The translations under genes were made by a program, and so were the position numbers. A DNA stretch of 60,000 bases from Chiloscyllium plagiosum (lineage: Eukaryota). The first letter of the stretch is position 1. Every line of letters starts with the position of its first letter. Location of the stretch: NCBI RefSeq assembly GCF_004010195.1, contig NC_057753.1:12887446-12947445 (forward strand). Direction: 5' to 3'. Positions 1 to 11,706 of this stretch are shown one piece after another. The notes beneath the pieces are model-generated. The model was given only the letters and a program-made list of their open reading frames with translations. It did not search any database and was not told the DNA's origin.

Positions 1-526
1 CTTTCGTCTTATTGACCGTCATACTGAGACATTCCGTTCAAAATCGCATGTTATCTTCGATTATTTCCCAAAAGATTAATTTGGGAGTGCCGAAGGCATT
101 ATCCTTTTGAATGACTGCACATTTCTGATTGGAAACTGTCTTGAATTAGATTCCCGGTTTCCTACCAATACATGAACTGGTCAAAGCATTTCTCAAATCT
201 TCGAGGATGAAAATGTGATGTGCAGTAAGCACTAATGATCCTTGCAAACACTCGTCCTTTTCTTTAAATTATCGGTTTTTCTTTGGCCCTTCTTGGAGGG
301 AAGATCAGGCTCAAACACGCTGCTGCGGGTCTAATGTGTACTCCGCACCAGGTAAGAACGGGACGTAGTAAAATGGATGGTGTTTCCAGCAATCAACAAA
401 TATTTTATGGTCTTAGCAGGTTCCTTACTTCTAGGTTTATTTTGTTGTAATGAAATGACACCAACTGCCATGGTGGAATTCGGACCTGGTCCCAGATTAT
501 TCGCTGGGCTTTTGGATTATTATCGA

Positions 527-740
527 GATTAGAGTGGAGCTGGAAAAGGACAGCATGTCAGGGAGCGTCCGAGGAGCAGGATAACCGACGTTTCAGACAA
601 ACGCCCTTCATCAGGAATGAAGGGCATTTTACCCGAAACGTCGAGTGTTCTGCTCCTCGGACGCTGCCTGTCCTGTTGTGCTTTTCCAGCACCACTCTAA
701 TTTTGACTCTAATCTCCACTATCTGCAGTACCCATCTCCT
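527..740. mobile_element. Penelope-derived palindromic (hairpin) element with hammerhead core
   Basis: Arms ~527-612 and ~618-702 are inverted repeats; the minus strand reads CTGATGAAGGGCGTTTGTCTGAAAC. Confidence 0.8.
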
Positions 741-1149
741 TCTGGATTGCTAGTCTAGCGGTAATCCCATTGAGGAATTGCCTCCTTCATTGTTAATTGG
801 ATGTATAATTGCATATCCAGCACTTGTTTCCAAGTCTAATGTACTTTCCCAGTTTGGATTTGCATTCTATTTGCATTCATAGCTTGGATTGACTCGTCCA
901 CCGTCCATGGTCTTCAGCAGGTCTCTTACGGATGTTCAGACTCTCTTGAAGAAATGTCAGAAGCGTCCAGACCTCCTAGTACTTAACCAATTCCTTGCAC
1001 TTCTCGTGATCCTGCATGTGAACCTGATTACCTTGTGGGTGATCTCTCTTGCGCCAAACTTATTAGTCTCGACTGGAGGAGAGGCATCAGTGCACACACC
1101 ACGGGGAAAATCATTCACGATTCAATTAGAAGGAGGGAAGCAGCACACG

Positions 1150-1512
1150 GCACCAGAGTAGGGGGAGGCGATTGCCGAGCAGCATTACCACTAACTGCCA
1201 ATCCAAAGACCCAGGTCACGTTTTGATGAACTTGAATCGAATCCAGCCATGTTCAAAGGAGAAATTCCAAATAAATGAATATCTGGGATTGAGAGTCGAA
1301 CGATGACCTTAAAACGATTGACTGTGAAATGAAAAAAAAGCATGTGTTTCACTAATACTTGGTACGGAGCTAACTGCCATCCTTACCTGGTCTGGCCTAC
1401 ATGTTGCTCCAGGCCAACAGCAATGTGGTTGACTCTTACTTGATTTGTGAGCAATTATTGACGGGTAATAGATGCTGACCTTTGCAAAGATTCCCTCATC
1501 CAATTAATAAAA
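1150..1512 (+). mobile_element. Old SINE (Deu-type-like) fragment; a related antisense piece lies at ~200-520
   Basis: CTGCCATCCTTACCTGGTCTGGCCTACATG...CCAACAGCAATGTGGTTGACTCT and tail GGGTAATAGATGCTG. Confidence 0.55.
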
Positions 1513-3063
1513 GTAGAAGAAAACATACATGAGTGCCAAATCACACACAGGGCCGAATTAGTGATTATGGAGGTGGTCAGATTTTACAAGGCGTCATAGA
1601 AAAGATTGCAACGCATTTGTTAAAGATTTAAGCTTTTACAAACGCTTGTGCCAAAGGTCTACAACAAGTAGAAGACAATCATATGCCTCGCTACTCACGC
1701 TGGGCCTCACATAAATTTAAACCTTCAGTTTGATGTGAGTTATTCTTTTACTGAACTACTGTTTTCATTCTGAACTTTGCCTGTCACCATGAGTATTGAA
1801 CTCTGAATTTTACACTTAACCATATTTAATAGACCGCTTCCCCTCTCTTCCTAAATCTCTGCCCTCATTGTGTCTTGAAAAGAGGGGAATTCATACCTGA
1901 CAAATTTAAAGGAATTGTGGATGAGATGGCGGAAGCAAAAATAAAAGGAAATGAGGAGGTAACATAGTTGCATTCCCAGATGACGCGTGATAAGTTTTTC
2001 ATATATTAATGAACCAAGAGACGATCACACTGCAGATCGCATATGATCGTGGACAGAGGACTGGATAACGAACAGGATACCAAATATGGAATCAAGTATT
2101 TGCTTTAGTTTTGTTACTGATTGTTGGCACCACTAAATGAAGGTGTCAGTGAACATGGACAGGAATTCCAGAGGCCCCTCAGAAAAACAAGCCAGAGGAG
2201 TCCGAAAAATAATGGTGTTGTTCAGAAGCGGAGATTCGTCAGCAGATTGTAGTATTGTATCGTTTCAATTCAAAGAGCAATCAATAGAGAGAGAGGTTAT
2301 GGCACTTTAATTCATTCAACCTCCAATCCAAGTGTCTGTCATTACATGCGGAGACAAACATACAGCACACATGCATGCATATATGCATGTGCACATGGAC
2401 ACACGAATTAGAAAACCGAAGAGGAACTTCGACAAAGAAATCTCACGGTCTTCCCTTGGTGTATAAACAGTTAAGGGATGCTGAATGGGATTAGACCAGA
2501 ATGGCATTTTTGGTCAGTTCAGACAAGTTCACTGAAGGATCTGCTTCCATTCTAGACGACACTATTACGTCATAAATGAAGAATAGATATAAACACAGAC
2601 CAGCAAAATGGGATTATCACTTGGAATTGGAGGCATGGCTAACTGGAAAGTAAATACGTTTGCATCTATCTTTACAAATGATGAAATTCCTTTCTCGGCT
2701 ATGGGAACAGAGGAGGATTTTTTTTTTACCGGAAGCGTTCAAAAGTTAGAAGAACGAAGGTGTGGATAGACTTGCGACACATTTAATAAGTCACTGGGAT
2801 CGAACAAGATACATCCAAGGACAGTGAAGGAAATAATGGGAGAAGTTGTGGGGACACTGGCCGCAATCGTTCAGTCTACCATGGTTTCGAGGACATGCCA
2901 GAACTGTCGAAACGTTAACTTTGTTTCTTCTTCCACTACAGGTGCTAAACCCCACCCCCACCCCAGTCTCTCCAATATGTTCTGTTTTCATCTCTGAATA
3001 ATTGTTTCTTTTCATGTTGTAAAAACGCCATCTGGTTGACACTAACTGGAATTTTCATCCTTT

Positions 3064-3534
3064 TTTTCTCTCCAGGGTTCTCTGCATCTCTGCAGATTTG
3101 TGAACCCCATGGCACAGAGATGTATGGCCATGCTGGGCATAATTCCGGCGATATTGAAATATCGTTACTTTACTTTGGGCAAATTATCAAAGCATCTTCC
3201 AGTTAAAACTGGAAACTTCTCTTCACTCTCCATGGTAGACATCTTTAGTTAATATCTTGGAGCTTCGCAATGATACCTAATTTACAAGAACATTGTTGGA
3301 GTGGCGTAGGTTGTCAAATAACGGGAGTCCTGAATATTGCAATATCGCTTCGAATCATTAATTTAAATTTATCTTTTGACATTGAATTTTTGCAATTCAA
3401 TCCAGTAACACAGTTACAATATGTTTCAAAAGTCGAACAATAAACACAACGCCTGTAACGTGCAGTACATATTGAGAATATAATTCACGAGGCAACAACA
3501 CCATCATATTCAGTGAAAGTCATAAGGAGCACAT
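3064..3534 (-). pseudogene. TCR alpha/delta-like V relic (leader 3489-3534; V ending ~3103; degenerate 23-RSS 3064-3102)
   Basis: 46-nt phase-1 leader MCSL*LSLNMMVLLP|GTGAAT. V remnant ...EAPRY*LKMST...MAIHLCAMG, then CACAAAT + 23 nt + poor nonamer. Resembles the V at 25.3 kb. Confidence 0.65.
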
Positions 3535-4696
3535 GGTGTCTGGTTTAGAGTTGAACAAGAAATTAAGAGAATATCATTCGATAGTTATTCTAATCGAGAT
3601 CAGTATCAGACTTTGGTTAGTTAGAAGATAGGGTCTTCCCTTGAGGCATGATTGGCTGTCCTGATCACAGCTACATGACAATTATTGAGAGCCATTGTCA
3701 TCATCTTCCTCCGATTGTTCCTCTGTCTTTCAAAATATCCGTTTTTCTCTGTGTCTTTTCCTTGATCTCTGTCGCTGTAGTGAAACGAGCTCCGCTTGAA
3801 ATAGACGTTATGTCTGTAGTAAAATATATCGCAATGAAGACTGGATAAATAATCTTGAAATGAACACAGTTTGACAGGTTTAACAAACACAAACCAGAGT
3901 CCAACAGCAGATGATGAGGAATCCATGTAGAATTCACGCTTTAGAACTGGATTGAAAGTTGATCCATCAATTAGTTTAACCCTAATGACAGAACACTGAT
4001 CAAAGACCATTCAAACAGCACCCTGAAATTAAAATTGTTAAGCACTGACTGAGGATCTGAAGTACACATGAAGTCAAAGATAAATAAACGGATGGATTAA
4101 TGTATTCTGAGACGATAGAGAGAAAAAACAATGCATTTTATCAGATTTAATAATTCCAAAATGTTGATAATTATTTTGTTTGCAAATATCGGCAATTATA
4201 TCTTCATGAAGTATTTCATCCACTGCTGCAAAATGAGTGTTGAGGTGGTGAGAGAGAGAGAGAGAAAGAGAGAGAGAGGCAGAGAAGGGTTTAGACTAAT
4301 AGACAGAAAGAGAACAGGCTAGGCGTTTCTATCCTAGTTTCAACAGGCAGCCAACCCCGAAGGTGATATTAAATTACGTCTGTTTAGAACACCCCAGAAA
4401 AATCCTGAATTCTGCCTATCAGGCTCTCTATATAGGAGAATGTCAAACTCTCCCCTTTGCTGTTCCAGCGCCATCGCTTCGATCCTGACATCGTCAGCGA
4501 ATCCTGATTTGTAAACAAACGATTGAATGACTTGTGTCCTATCTGTCTTCGCCGTCGTGAACATAAAGTCGTGCAAACACTTAATCTCAATTGGAGCTCT
4601 AAGGTTCTTGATATTTTATGAGATTTTTCAATCAGACGCCTTGTTTTACCATTTCTAAATACATTGTGGTGTTTGCATGTTGTTTATTTTCTTCAG

Positions 4697-5005
4697 CGAT
4701 TTTCTATGGCGATCAGAGCTCTCAAGATAATTAGATGATCTGCCTGGAAATTCAATGAATTGAACTTAATTGCAGGCTCTAAATTAGCACTGGGCGTATG
4801 GTGGCCTGGTATCGACAAATGTTACCAAAGGCTCCAACATATACGAGGGTGATCAGAGCACAGGCCATTACATGCTGTCCTTTGACCGCGTGAAGAAGTT
4901 GAACATCATCCCTATCGGTGATTCTGTGGTCGAGGATGTTGGAATGTACTACTGTGGAAAGGCAGACATAGTGAGGCAAATTTCGTTTCTGGCTGTGCAA
5001 CATCT
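4697..5005 (+). pseudogene. TCR/Ig-type V pseudogene with 23-RSS (heptamer 4967-4973, nonamer 4997-5005)
   Basis: Acceptor TTCTTCAG at 4696; IELNCRL*ISTGRMVAWYRQMLPKAP...DSVVEDVGMYYCGKA; RSS CATAGTG-23-GCAACATCT. Stops and a frameshift. Confidence 0.8.
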
Positions 5006-5248
5006 TGGCAGTACTATGTCTCTCGTTTCCCTTTAACTTTTTCTGTACGATAATTTAAAAAAAAAACAGTGATCCCAGTAAGAATTACTCTCTGATGTTT
5101 AAACTTGCCAAGCGATTAATGTACAAAATGTTAATAACTGTTGCGACAGATTGAATATAAGAAGTTTCTTCAAAAAAGGTTCCCTGTTGTAAGACGCTTC
5201 AGATAAAGGAATAAGAGTTTCAAACGATGACTTTGTCTTCGAAATGAC

Positions 5249-5345
<97 letters not shown>
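5249..5345. repeat. (TAGA)n microsatellite, ~24 units
   Basis: Direct reading. Confidence 0.98.
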
Positions 5346-6041
5346 GAGGTAAAAGCAACATTCATATGACACAAACACCAGCTTGTGACCATTTTCCAAC
5401 TAAAAAGCATATGTGACTATCATTCCCGCTGAGAACCGACGAGCAAAGTTCTGAGGGTTTCCATTCAACAGACACTGGATCAACATTTCAATGTCCTGGC
5501 TGTAAGAGTAGGTCTGCGGGCAAGAATCGCACCTCAACTAACTCATCTCCTGACTCCCAAAGCCTGTCTACCATCCACAAGACACAATCATGAGTATGCT
5601 GCAGTACCCTCCATTTTCCAAAACAGTGCAGCTGCAACAACATCCAAGAAGCTTAAAACTATTCATGGCAAAGTGTTTTGTTTGCAGCTCTCAGAGAACA
5701 ACAGGTTTTTGTTGAAATCAAAATGCTTACTCTGAAGTGATATTAATTCCCTGCAAAGGAAATAGTTACAATTACACTTAAAGAGAGAGGATTGTACTGA
5801 CAATATTCAATTAGTTAGCATTTGAACTAGAAAAAACAGTAAGTTTCAGAGAATAATGTATCGAGATAGCCAAATGCATGAATCGTGTTTTCAGACATAA
5901 AGTAACACTGCAAGAGAACGTTCATGTTCAGCGTTTTGTGTTTCATAATTGTTAACACGTTTCGTGGTTCTCTGTAAGCTGTTTGTATTTCTAGACGTGA
6001 AAGCGCCCTCTGATGAGCACGAACTAGAATTCTCAAGTTGA

Positions 6042-6554
6042 GGTTTTGTACCTTGTCTGTTGCAGCCCTGCAATATTGTGGGCTCCACAGCACAGAAATA
6101 CACAGCGTTGTCAGAAATGCGAATTGTTAAGTCGGTGATCTTCTCAGCTATTTCAAACGTAGAAGAAAATCCACCAGCGATGCTGTTATCCCTGCGCACA
6201 TCACTCCCAATAAGCCAAAGCATGTGTTGCGGCCGCTGCCCAAGACGTTTACTGTACAGTACACAAAAAGGTGAGAGCTGCTGGTCTTCACGTTGAAGAT
6301 TAGTTTAGTATTCTTTGCTTATTCAAACGTCTTTTCAGCAAAGGGCTGTCCCACTGTATCCTGCTGGCTCCATTCTGACATATAAAATGTAATAAATGAC
6401 AATCGGTGTCAGCCTTATATTGATCAACATATTCGTCATAACGACATCAACCAACAAATAACATTTATATTGTAGCCATCATTTCTTTTCTTAGAAGGAG
6501 ATACTTACTCACAAAGTTTAAAATGATGAGAAACTGTGTGAGGCATTTCTCCAT
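6042..6554 (-). pseudogene. TCR alpha/delta-like V pseudogene (leader 6509-6554, V exon 6081-6374, 23-RSS 6042-6080)
   Basis: Leader MEKCLTQFLIILNFV|GTAAGT; V reads DTVGQPFAEKTFE*...GQRPQHMLW...LTIRISDNAVYFCAVEP; RSS CACAATA-23-TACAAAACC. One stop, and a frameshift at the Trp41 codon. Confidence 0.9.
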
Positions 6555-7049
6555 GATTCTGACTGTTTTTCTGCAATGCAGGAAATTCTCTCTCAGAGCA
6601 GTAAGACAGATCCTTAATTGACGATGCGGCTGATCCAACTAATAATAAGATTGTCCGAGTGGTGGAATTCTCTCCAAGAACATGATTTATTCAGAGATAA
6701 TGAGGAAGACAGACATAGAGCAGAAAATGTAAACTGTGGGCGGAGATACCGCAAACTGAACATGACGACGTGTGTGCTGACTCTCGGGTGCACGAGGAGC
6801 TGATGGAGTGCAAACAGTGACGCCTGTGTCTCCAGTCTGTGACCAGTTCTCTAAACCTGGAAAATATTACTTATCATGGTTCAATAATCTATATTTTATA
6901 GCTAAATGGTGTATCCAAATATATAATAATATGCTGTTTTGATTTTCTTTTGAAAATGAACAATGTTACATTTTCCCTCGTTACTTTCTGAATGCCAACA
7001 GTTTTCACGCTTACATACCCTAACAACATCTCTCAGAAACTGTTTGCGC

Positions 7050-7700
7050 CCTTTTCACAATTTCTTTTTCACCTGTTTTGGTGCTATCTGCAAATTTGAT
7101 TGCAGTAAATTCTCTTCCGTCCTCAAGTACAATATGTATTATAAACATCTGTGGGCCCAGCACTGATGCCTGTGTTACCCCGTCTATCACAGGTCATCAG
7201 AACGAAACATAACTTTTCCCCATTTACTGTTTCCTGCCCTTTAGCCAATTCTTTGTTTATGCCAATAGACTACCTTCAACACCGCGGGGGCTCTTACTGC
7301 CTGAGTTAATCTTTTGTGAGGTATCTTGACGATCATATTTTGGAGGTCAAAATGAACACAACTACGCGTTCCCCTCTGTCCAATCAATTTGAGAAACCCC
7401 TTAAAAACTCTGAGAAATTAGTGAGACGTGATTTCCCTTTCATGAAATCAAGTGACATGTGTTGATTAGAAAACAATATTCCAAATGTGTGCTTTACTTC
7501 TTTGAGAATTAATTCGAATAACTTTCCAACAATAGGTGTCAGTCAAATTGACGTGCAATTCTGCGTTTTTTTGCCTGCCTGCTTTTCTGAGTGTCCTGTT
7601 GGCCATTATTCAATTCTCTCGTACTTTATCAGAGTTCAAGCATTTTTGGAAAATAATTGCAATCAATCCTTGTTTGTCGTTTGTAAATTTTTGCCTCCCA
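7050..7700 (-). mobile_element. Old degenerate CR1 RT fragment
   Basis: Antisense CR1 RT nucleotide motifs (GGGCCCAGCACTGA, TTAGCCAATT, GATTTCCCTTTCATGAAATC). Confidence 0.6.
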
Positions 7701-9799
7701 TTGCGTTTTCACATCGCTGGTTGGAACAATTACATTGCATTCGAAGGAAATTTAATGGAAGGATATTGAAACTCAGGTACCGGCACTTCTGGAATTTGAA
7801 GCCAGGCATGCCTGTTTCGTGGGTAACTGCCGACTAAGCCACAGTGCCGACTTTAGGCTGTTTCTGTCAATATCCTAGGATACTCTTCCATAGATTTTGT
7901 TTTCTGTTTCAATGTTGTTGAGTGTGAATGTCAAATATGAAAAAAAAAACGCACAACCGACTCTGAATAGTCACCAGTAAAATCGCACAGAAAGTAACAA
8001 TGTTGCACATGGCCCTTTCCCGATCTCTGATTTGGAACTGCAAGTTTAAAAAGACTGAATCATTCAATACGGAAGTCGCTCACTGGAATAGGATTTATTG
8101 TCAAATGCTCATTACCCCAGAAATCGAAATGATGAGCCACTTTTTAAACTATTATACTCCTTGGCACTCGGTGCAATCGTGATGGCAATGTGGATCGATT
8201 TCCAGAAGTCCAGAACTCAGACCTAGCGACTGAATGAACACCAATATATTTCCAACTCACAAGACTGTATGTTTTGGAGGATGCCTTGTCTGTGACAGTT
8301 TTCCCACATATCTGTTACCATTCTCTTTTTCTGGATGGAAGCAAACTCTAATTGGACTGAATCAGCAGGTTTAGGGTCTATGTGCTATTTGCATTCAGAA
8401 ATTCGTTTGCATTTGGAAAATTCCCATAAGAGAAAAAAGTGAGAGACAAAAGATATCCAGACGCAAGTGTATGCTGATACAACAATTTCAGTGAGGTTTT
8501 ACATTTTGTTTCCTTCAGCTAGACCCTATCATACCTGGAATTTCCTGGAATTGCTGTTTAAATTTAAATCAGTGTTTGTCTCACTATACCCATTGTGACT
8601 TTTCGTGCCTCTCGCACGGATTCACTCAGTGTCTGTTGAGTTCCTTCTCTTTAGTTCTCATTTTCCATGTTTCCATGTTGCAACATGTCTTTCTCTTACG
8701 GAATTGTCATCTCAGTCTCTCCATTATTATCGTTAACCTTCCTGTCTTGTCCGAAATATTGAGTGTTTTTTTTTTCCTATTATTTATTTTCCCGAATCTT
8801 CATCAGGTTTTTATCTGCTGACTGGTCCGCAGTATTTTTCCTTGAATCTCAATCCGCTTCACTTCTGGATCTCCTCACAATTGGAAACAAGCATGTCCAT
8901 TTTCTGTGAAGAAAGTTCTCGCATTTAAAACAGATTTCTTTTATTTTGTAGTGCCCTTAGTGGACAGTCCGCACTCTCTCAATCCCAACAGAAGGTTCCA
9001 AAGGAGGCAGCGTCATTTGAAGTCTAGTGAATTGTTTGTTGTTAAACCCATAGAACTGCAGATGAGGAAAATCAGAAATAAAAACAGAAATTGCTGGAAA
9101 TCTCAGCAGGTCTAGCAACATTTGTGTTGAAAAAAAAACAATTATCTCTACCAGGTGAGTGACCCTTCCTCAGAAATGCCTGTTGTGTTTTGTTATATAA
9201 ATTCTGATGAACGATTAAGTTTTTATGAATAACCACGTGATTTTCTTTTAACATAGCAGCTCCCACAGTTCATCATTTCACATCTACAGTTCCTACTTCT
9301 CCATTCCTATTGGATCTTTCAAATAGCCTCAATTTTATTCATATTAAATGAAGAACTCAACTTACTGACGACGTCGGTGGGTTTAAGCCATGATAATTGA
9401 GCAGGGCTTCGATAGGTCTCTTTTCATTAGCTGTCGGGAGCCAAAATGTTTGTACTCATATATTAGTTTTGGAAAGTTCAGCACTGATACCAGCACGATC
9501 TGAGCTGTTCTTCTTCGCTTGGCCCAGCTCATAGACTAAAGTATTTGAAAGGACCACATGTGGTTTAATTTTTGTCATGGTTCCTGTTTCAGTCACCACT
9601 GTCCATATGATGTCAGGAACTCGAGAACAAACGAGCAGTGAGATGTTTGATGACAGCTGCTGCTGTTGTCAAGAACGAGCAATTCTGGATACTTCCTAAC
9701 ATGAACACAATTCTTGAGGTTCACAGTTTCATCATCAGATTGCACTGTGCAAATCCACATCAATTGTCTACAAACATGACTGTTGCTTTACATTCATTC

Positions 9800-9995
9800 T
9801 TCACAACTGCAGCTGTCATAACTGGTAACACATTTCAAGATCTATACACTCTTCCACATTCAGGAATAACTGGAATCTTTTGTCTATTTCGAAAATGTTT
9901 AGTCCGATGTTAGTAGGGACCATAGCATGACGATAACATGTCAGAGTTGTGTATTTCTAATTTTTTTCAGGTGTTGGTGGTACATATTCAGTCTT
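9800..9995 (+). pseudogene. Truncated V fragment (promoter/leader region and start of V exon), paralogous to 11220-11420
   Basis: Aligns with the region upstream of the 11.4 kb V; TTTTCAG|GTGTTGGTGGTACA versus CTGCAG|GTGTTCGTGGTGCA, after which homology stops. Confidence 0.6.
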
Positions 9996-10029
9996 TGTTT
10001 TTAAAAAGTGTTCAATCTTAAACATATAA

Positions 10030-10620
10030 ATTTGTGAAAGTATATTCGCGTTAGACAAGTACTTGAGCTGGATTAAAGCAAATTTGGGTTATTGTATGCA
10101 TTTTTGGCCTTTCCCTTACACCCGGAATGAAAGACACAAAACACAACGGATGAGCAATGTATGAAAATGATGCTAGAATTGAATTGCGTTAATTATGAGA
10201 AATTAATGTGAGGGCTTGGGGTCCTTTCTCTGCTTGCGAGAAGACTAAAGGCTAACCTCCCAGACGGCTTTTCAATGGATTATATAGTTCTTAGGTTCCA
10301 GATATGGAGAGCAATATTCCACTTGAGGAGGATTCCAGTTCTATAAGAATACATAGACACATTTAAGTGACACAACGTTCTCCAACGAGGATTTGAGGAG
10401 AAATTTCTTTAGTTGGTGAACATGCAGAAAGTGGTTGCAATCACCAGAAGGAGCATTTATAATGAACAATAAAGATACATTTAAAGGGCGCTCCAGTTAA
10501 ACGTGTGAAGGAGAGGGGTGGAGAGATTTGCAGATCGAATGAGAGGATGAAGTATGCAGAATGCTTTCTTTATTATGCACATGGACTTCCACCTGACGTG
10601 CCGAATGATCTTGTTTTTCC
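10030..10620 (+). mobile_element. Old degenerate CR1 3-prime fragment
   Basis: Remnants of the TATTGT..CA..TTTTGG motif, GAGAAGACTAAAGG and TTGAGGAGAAATTTCTTT. Confidence 0.55.
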
Positions 10621-10734
10621 TTTCTAAGTCCGATCTATTAATTTGATAGCACTATGAATTGCCACCTTCAGTTCAGATCGCTCAAACATTTAATTGCTAA
10701 TTTCCAATTTTTTGAAACTCGATTTCTATATCTG

Positions 10735-11038
10735 AGCGATCGAATTTCTGTTACTCAGCGGTATCCCACGCTCAGACCAACAGACCCTGACGATACTATT
10801 GAAACTTCACCTGCGCGACAATGCTTAGTTTTTCAACTGTTGTCGTCAGTAACTGGGCAAACAGCCTAAGTTCACATTTTTAAAGTGCACAAACTTTGCG
10901 ACTGAACCTAGGCAGGTTTTATTGAGGTCCGGTTTATTGATTCACTCCTGCAGTCAGAGAATTACTACCAATTGCTTGTATTGGAGCTGCTGCTGTCTGA
11001 TACTGCGATCTGTTACCGTGCATGGGAACGAATGCCTC
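10735..11038 (+). pseudogene. Degenerate TCR V relic
   Basis: ISVTQRYPTL..., CCRQ*LGKQPKFTF and RFIDSLLQSENYYQLLVLELLLSDTAICYRAWE match FR1, FR2 and FR3 patterns; RSS barely recognisable. Confidence 0.65.
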
Positions 11039-11396
11039 ATACAATTGTTTTCTGGTTGGCATCTGCTGTATTTTCACAGCTTCGAACAGCGGGTCACACA
11101 CAGACACTTCAGTACTTTCCTGTGAGAGAATTGCTGTGTGATTAGTTCATGATCACTCACAAAAAACACACATTAACTGCCTACACATATGGTAGTGTTT
11201 TATATTCATTATTTGCAACTGCAGCGCTCATAACTGGTAAAACATTCTAAAATCTACACACTCTTCAACATACTGACATTACTCACATCGTTTTAAATGC
11301 ACTTTCTCTCTGATTAGAAAGTGTGCAGTCACAGATGGTAACAGGTACCATAACGATGATAACATATTGAAGTCCTATGTTTCTAAATTTCTGCAG

Positions 11397-11706
11397 GTGT
11401 TCGTGGTGCAGACTCAATCTCGCAGGAGGTGGTCTCAGCAATGAAAGTTGAAGGCAATGCGTTGATTTTTATTTACGCTTATTTGGTCACTGCAACTACG
11501 GAGCATTTTTGGATTTATATCGTCAGGATCGATACAAAGCACCGTCATTCTCGATCTACATCACTATCTATGATGATGTTCTCAGAGCTGAAGGTGTAGG
11601 GCTTCGATTTTTGATTAATGTTGACAGTGGGCAAAGTGAGGGGAGTTTCACCGTCCGTGATATGCGGTTGTCTGACAACACAATGTAATACTGCGGACTG
11701 AGAGAT
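11397..11706 (+). pseudogene. TCR alpha/delta-like V pseudogene, atypical family (no Cys23, LYRQ instead of WYRQ); RSS lost
   Basis: CTGCAG|GT; VRGADSISQEVVSAMKVEGNALIFIYAY...LDLYRQDRYKAPSF...EGSFTVRDMRLSDNTM*YCGLRD. Confidence 0.85.

Noticed and set aside
3621..4010. 129-aa minus-strand ORF after an acceptor-like site
   Set aside because: No recognisable family in any frame.
5099..5410. ORF with (IYLS)n repeat
   Set aside because: Translation of the TAGA microsatellite.
5704..5712. Perfect RSS nonamer GGTTTTTGT
   Set aside because: No heptamer at a 12- or 23-nt distance.
7740..7875. CACAGTG at 7840-7846 preceded by faintly FR3-like sequence
   Set aside because: No YYC motif and no properly spaced nonamer; too weak to call a V.
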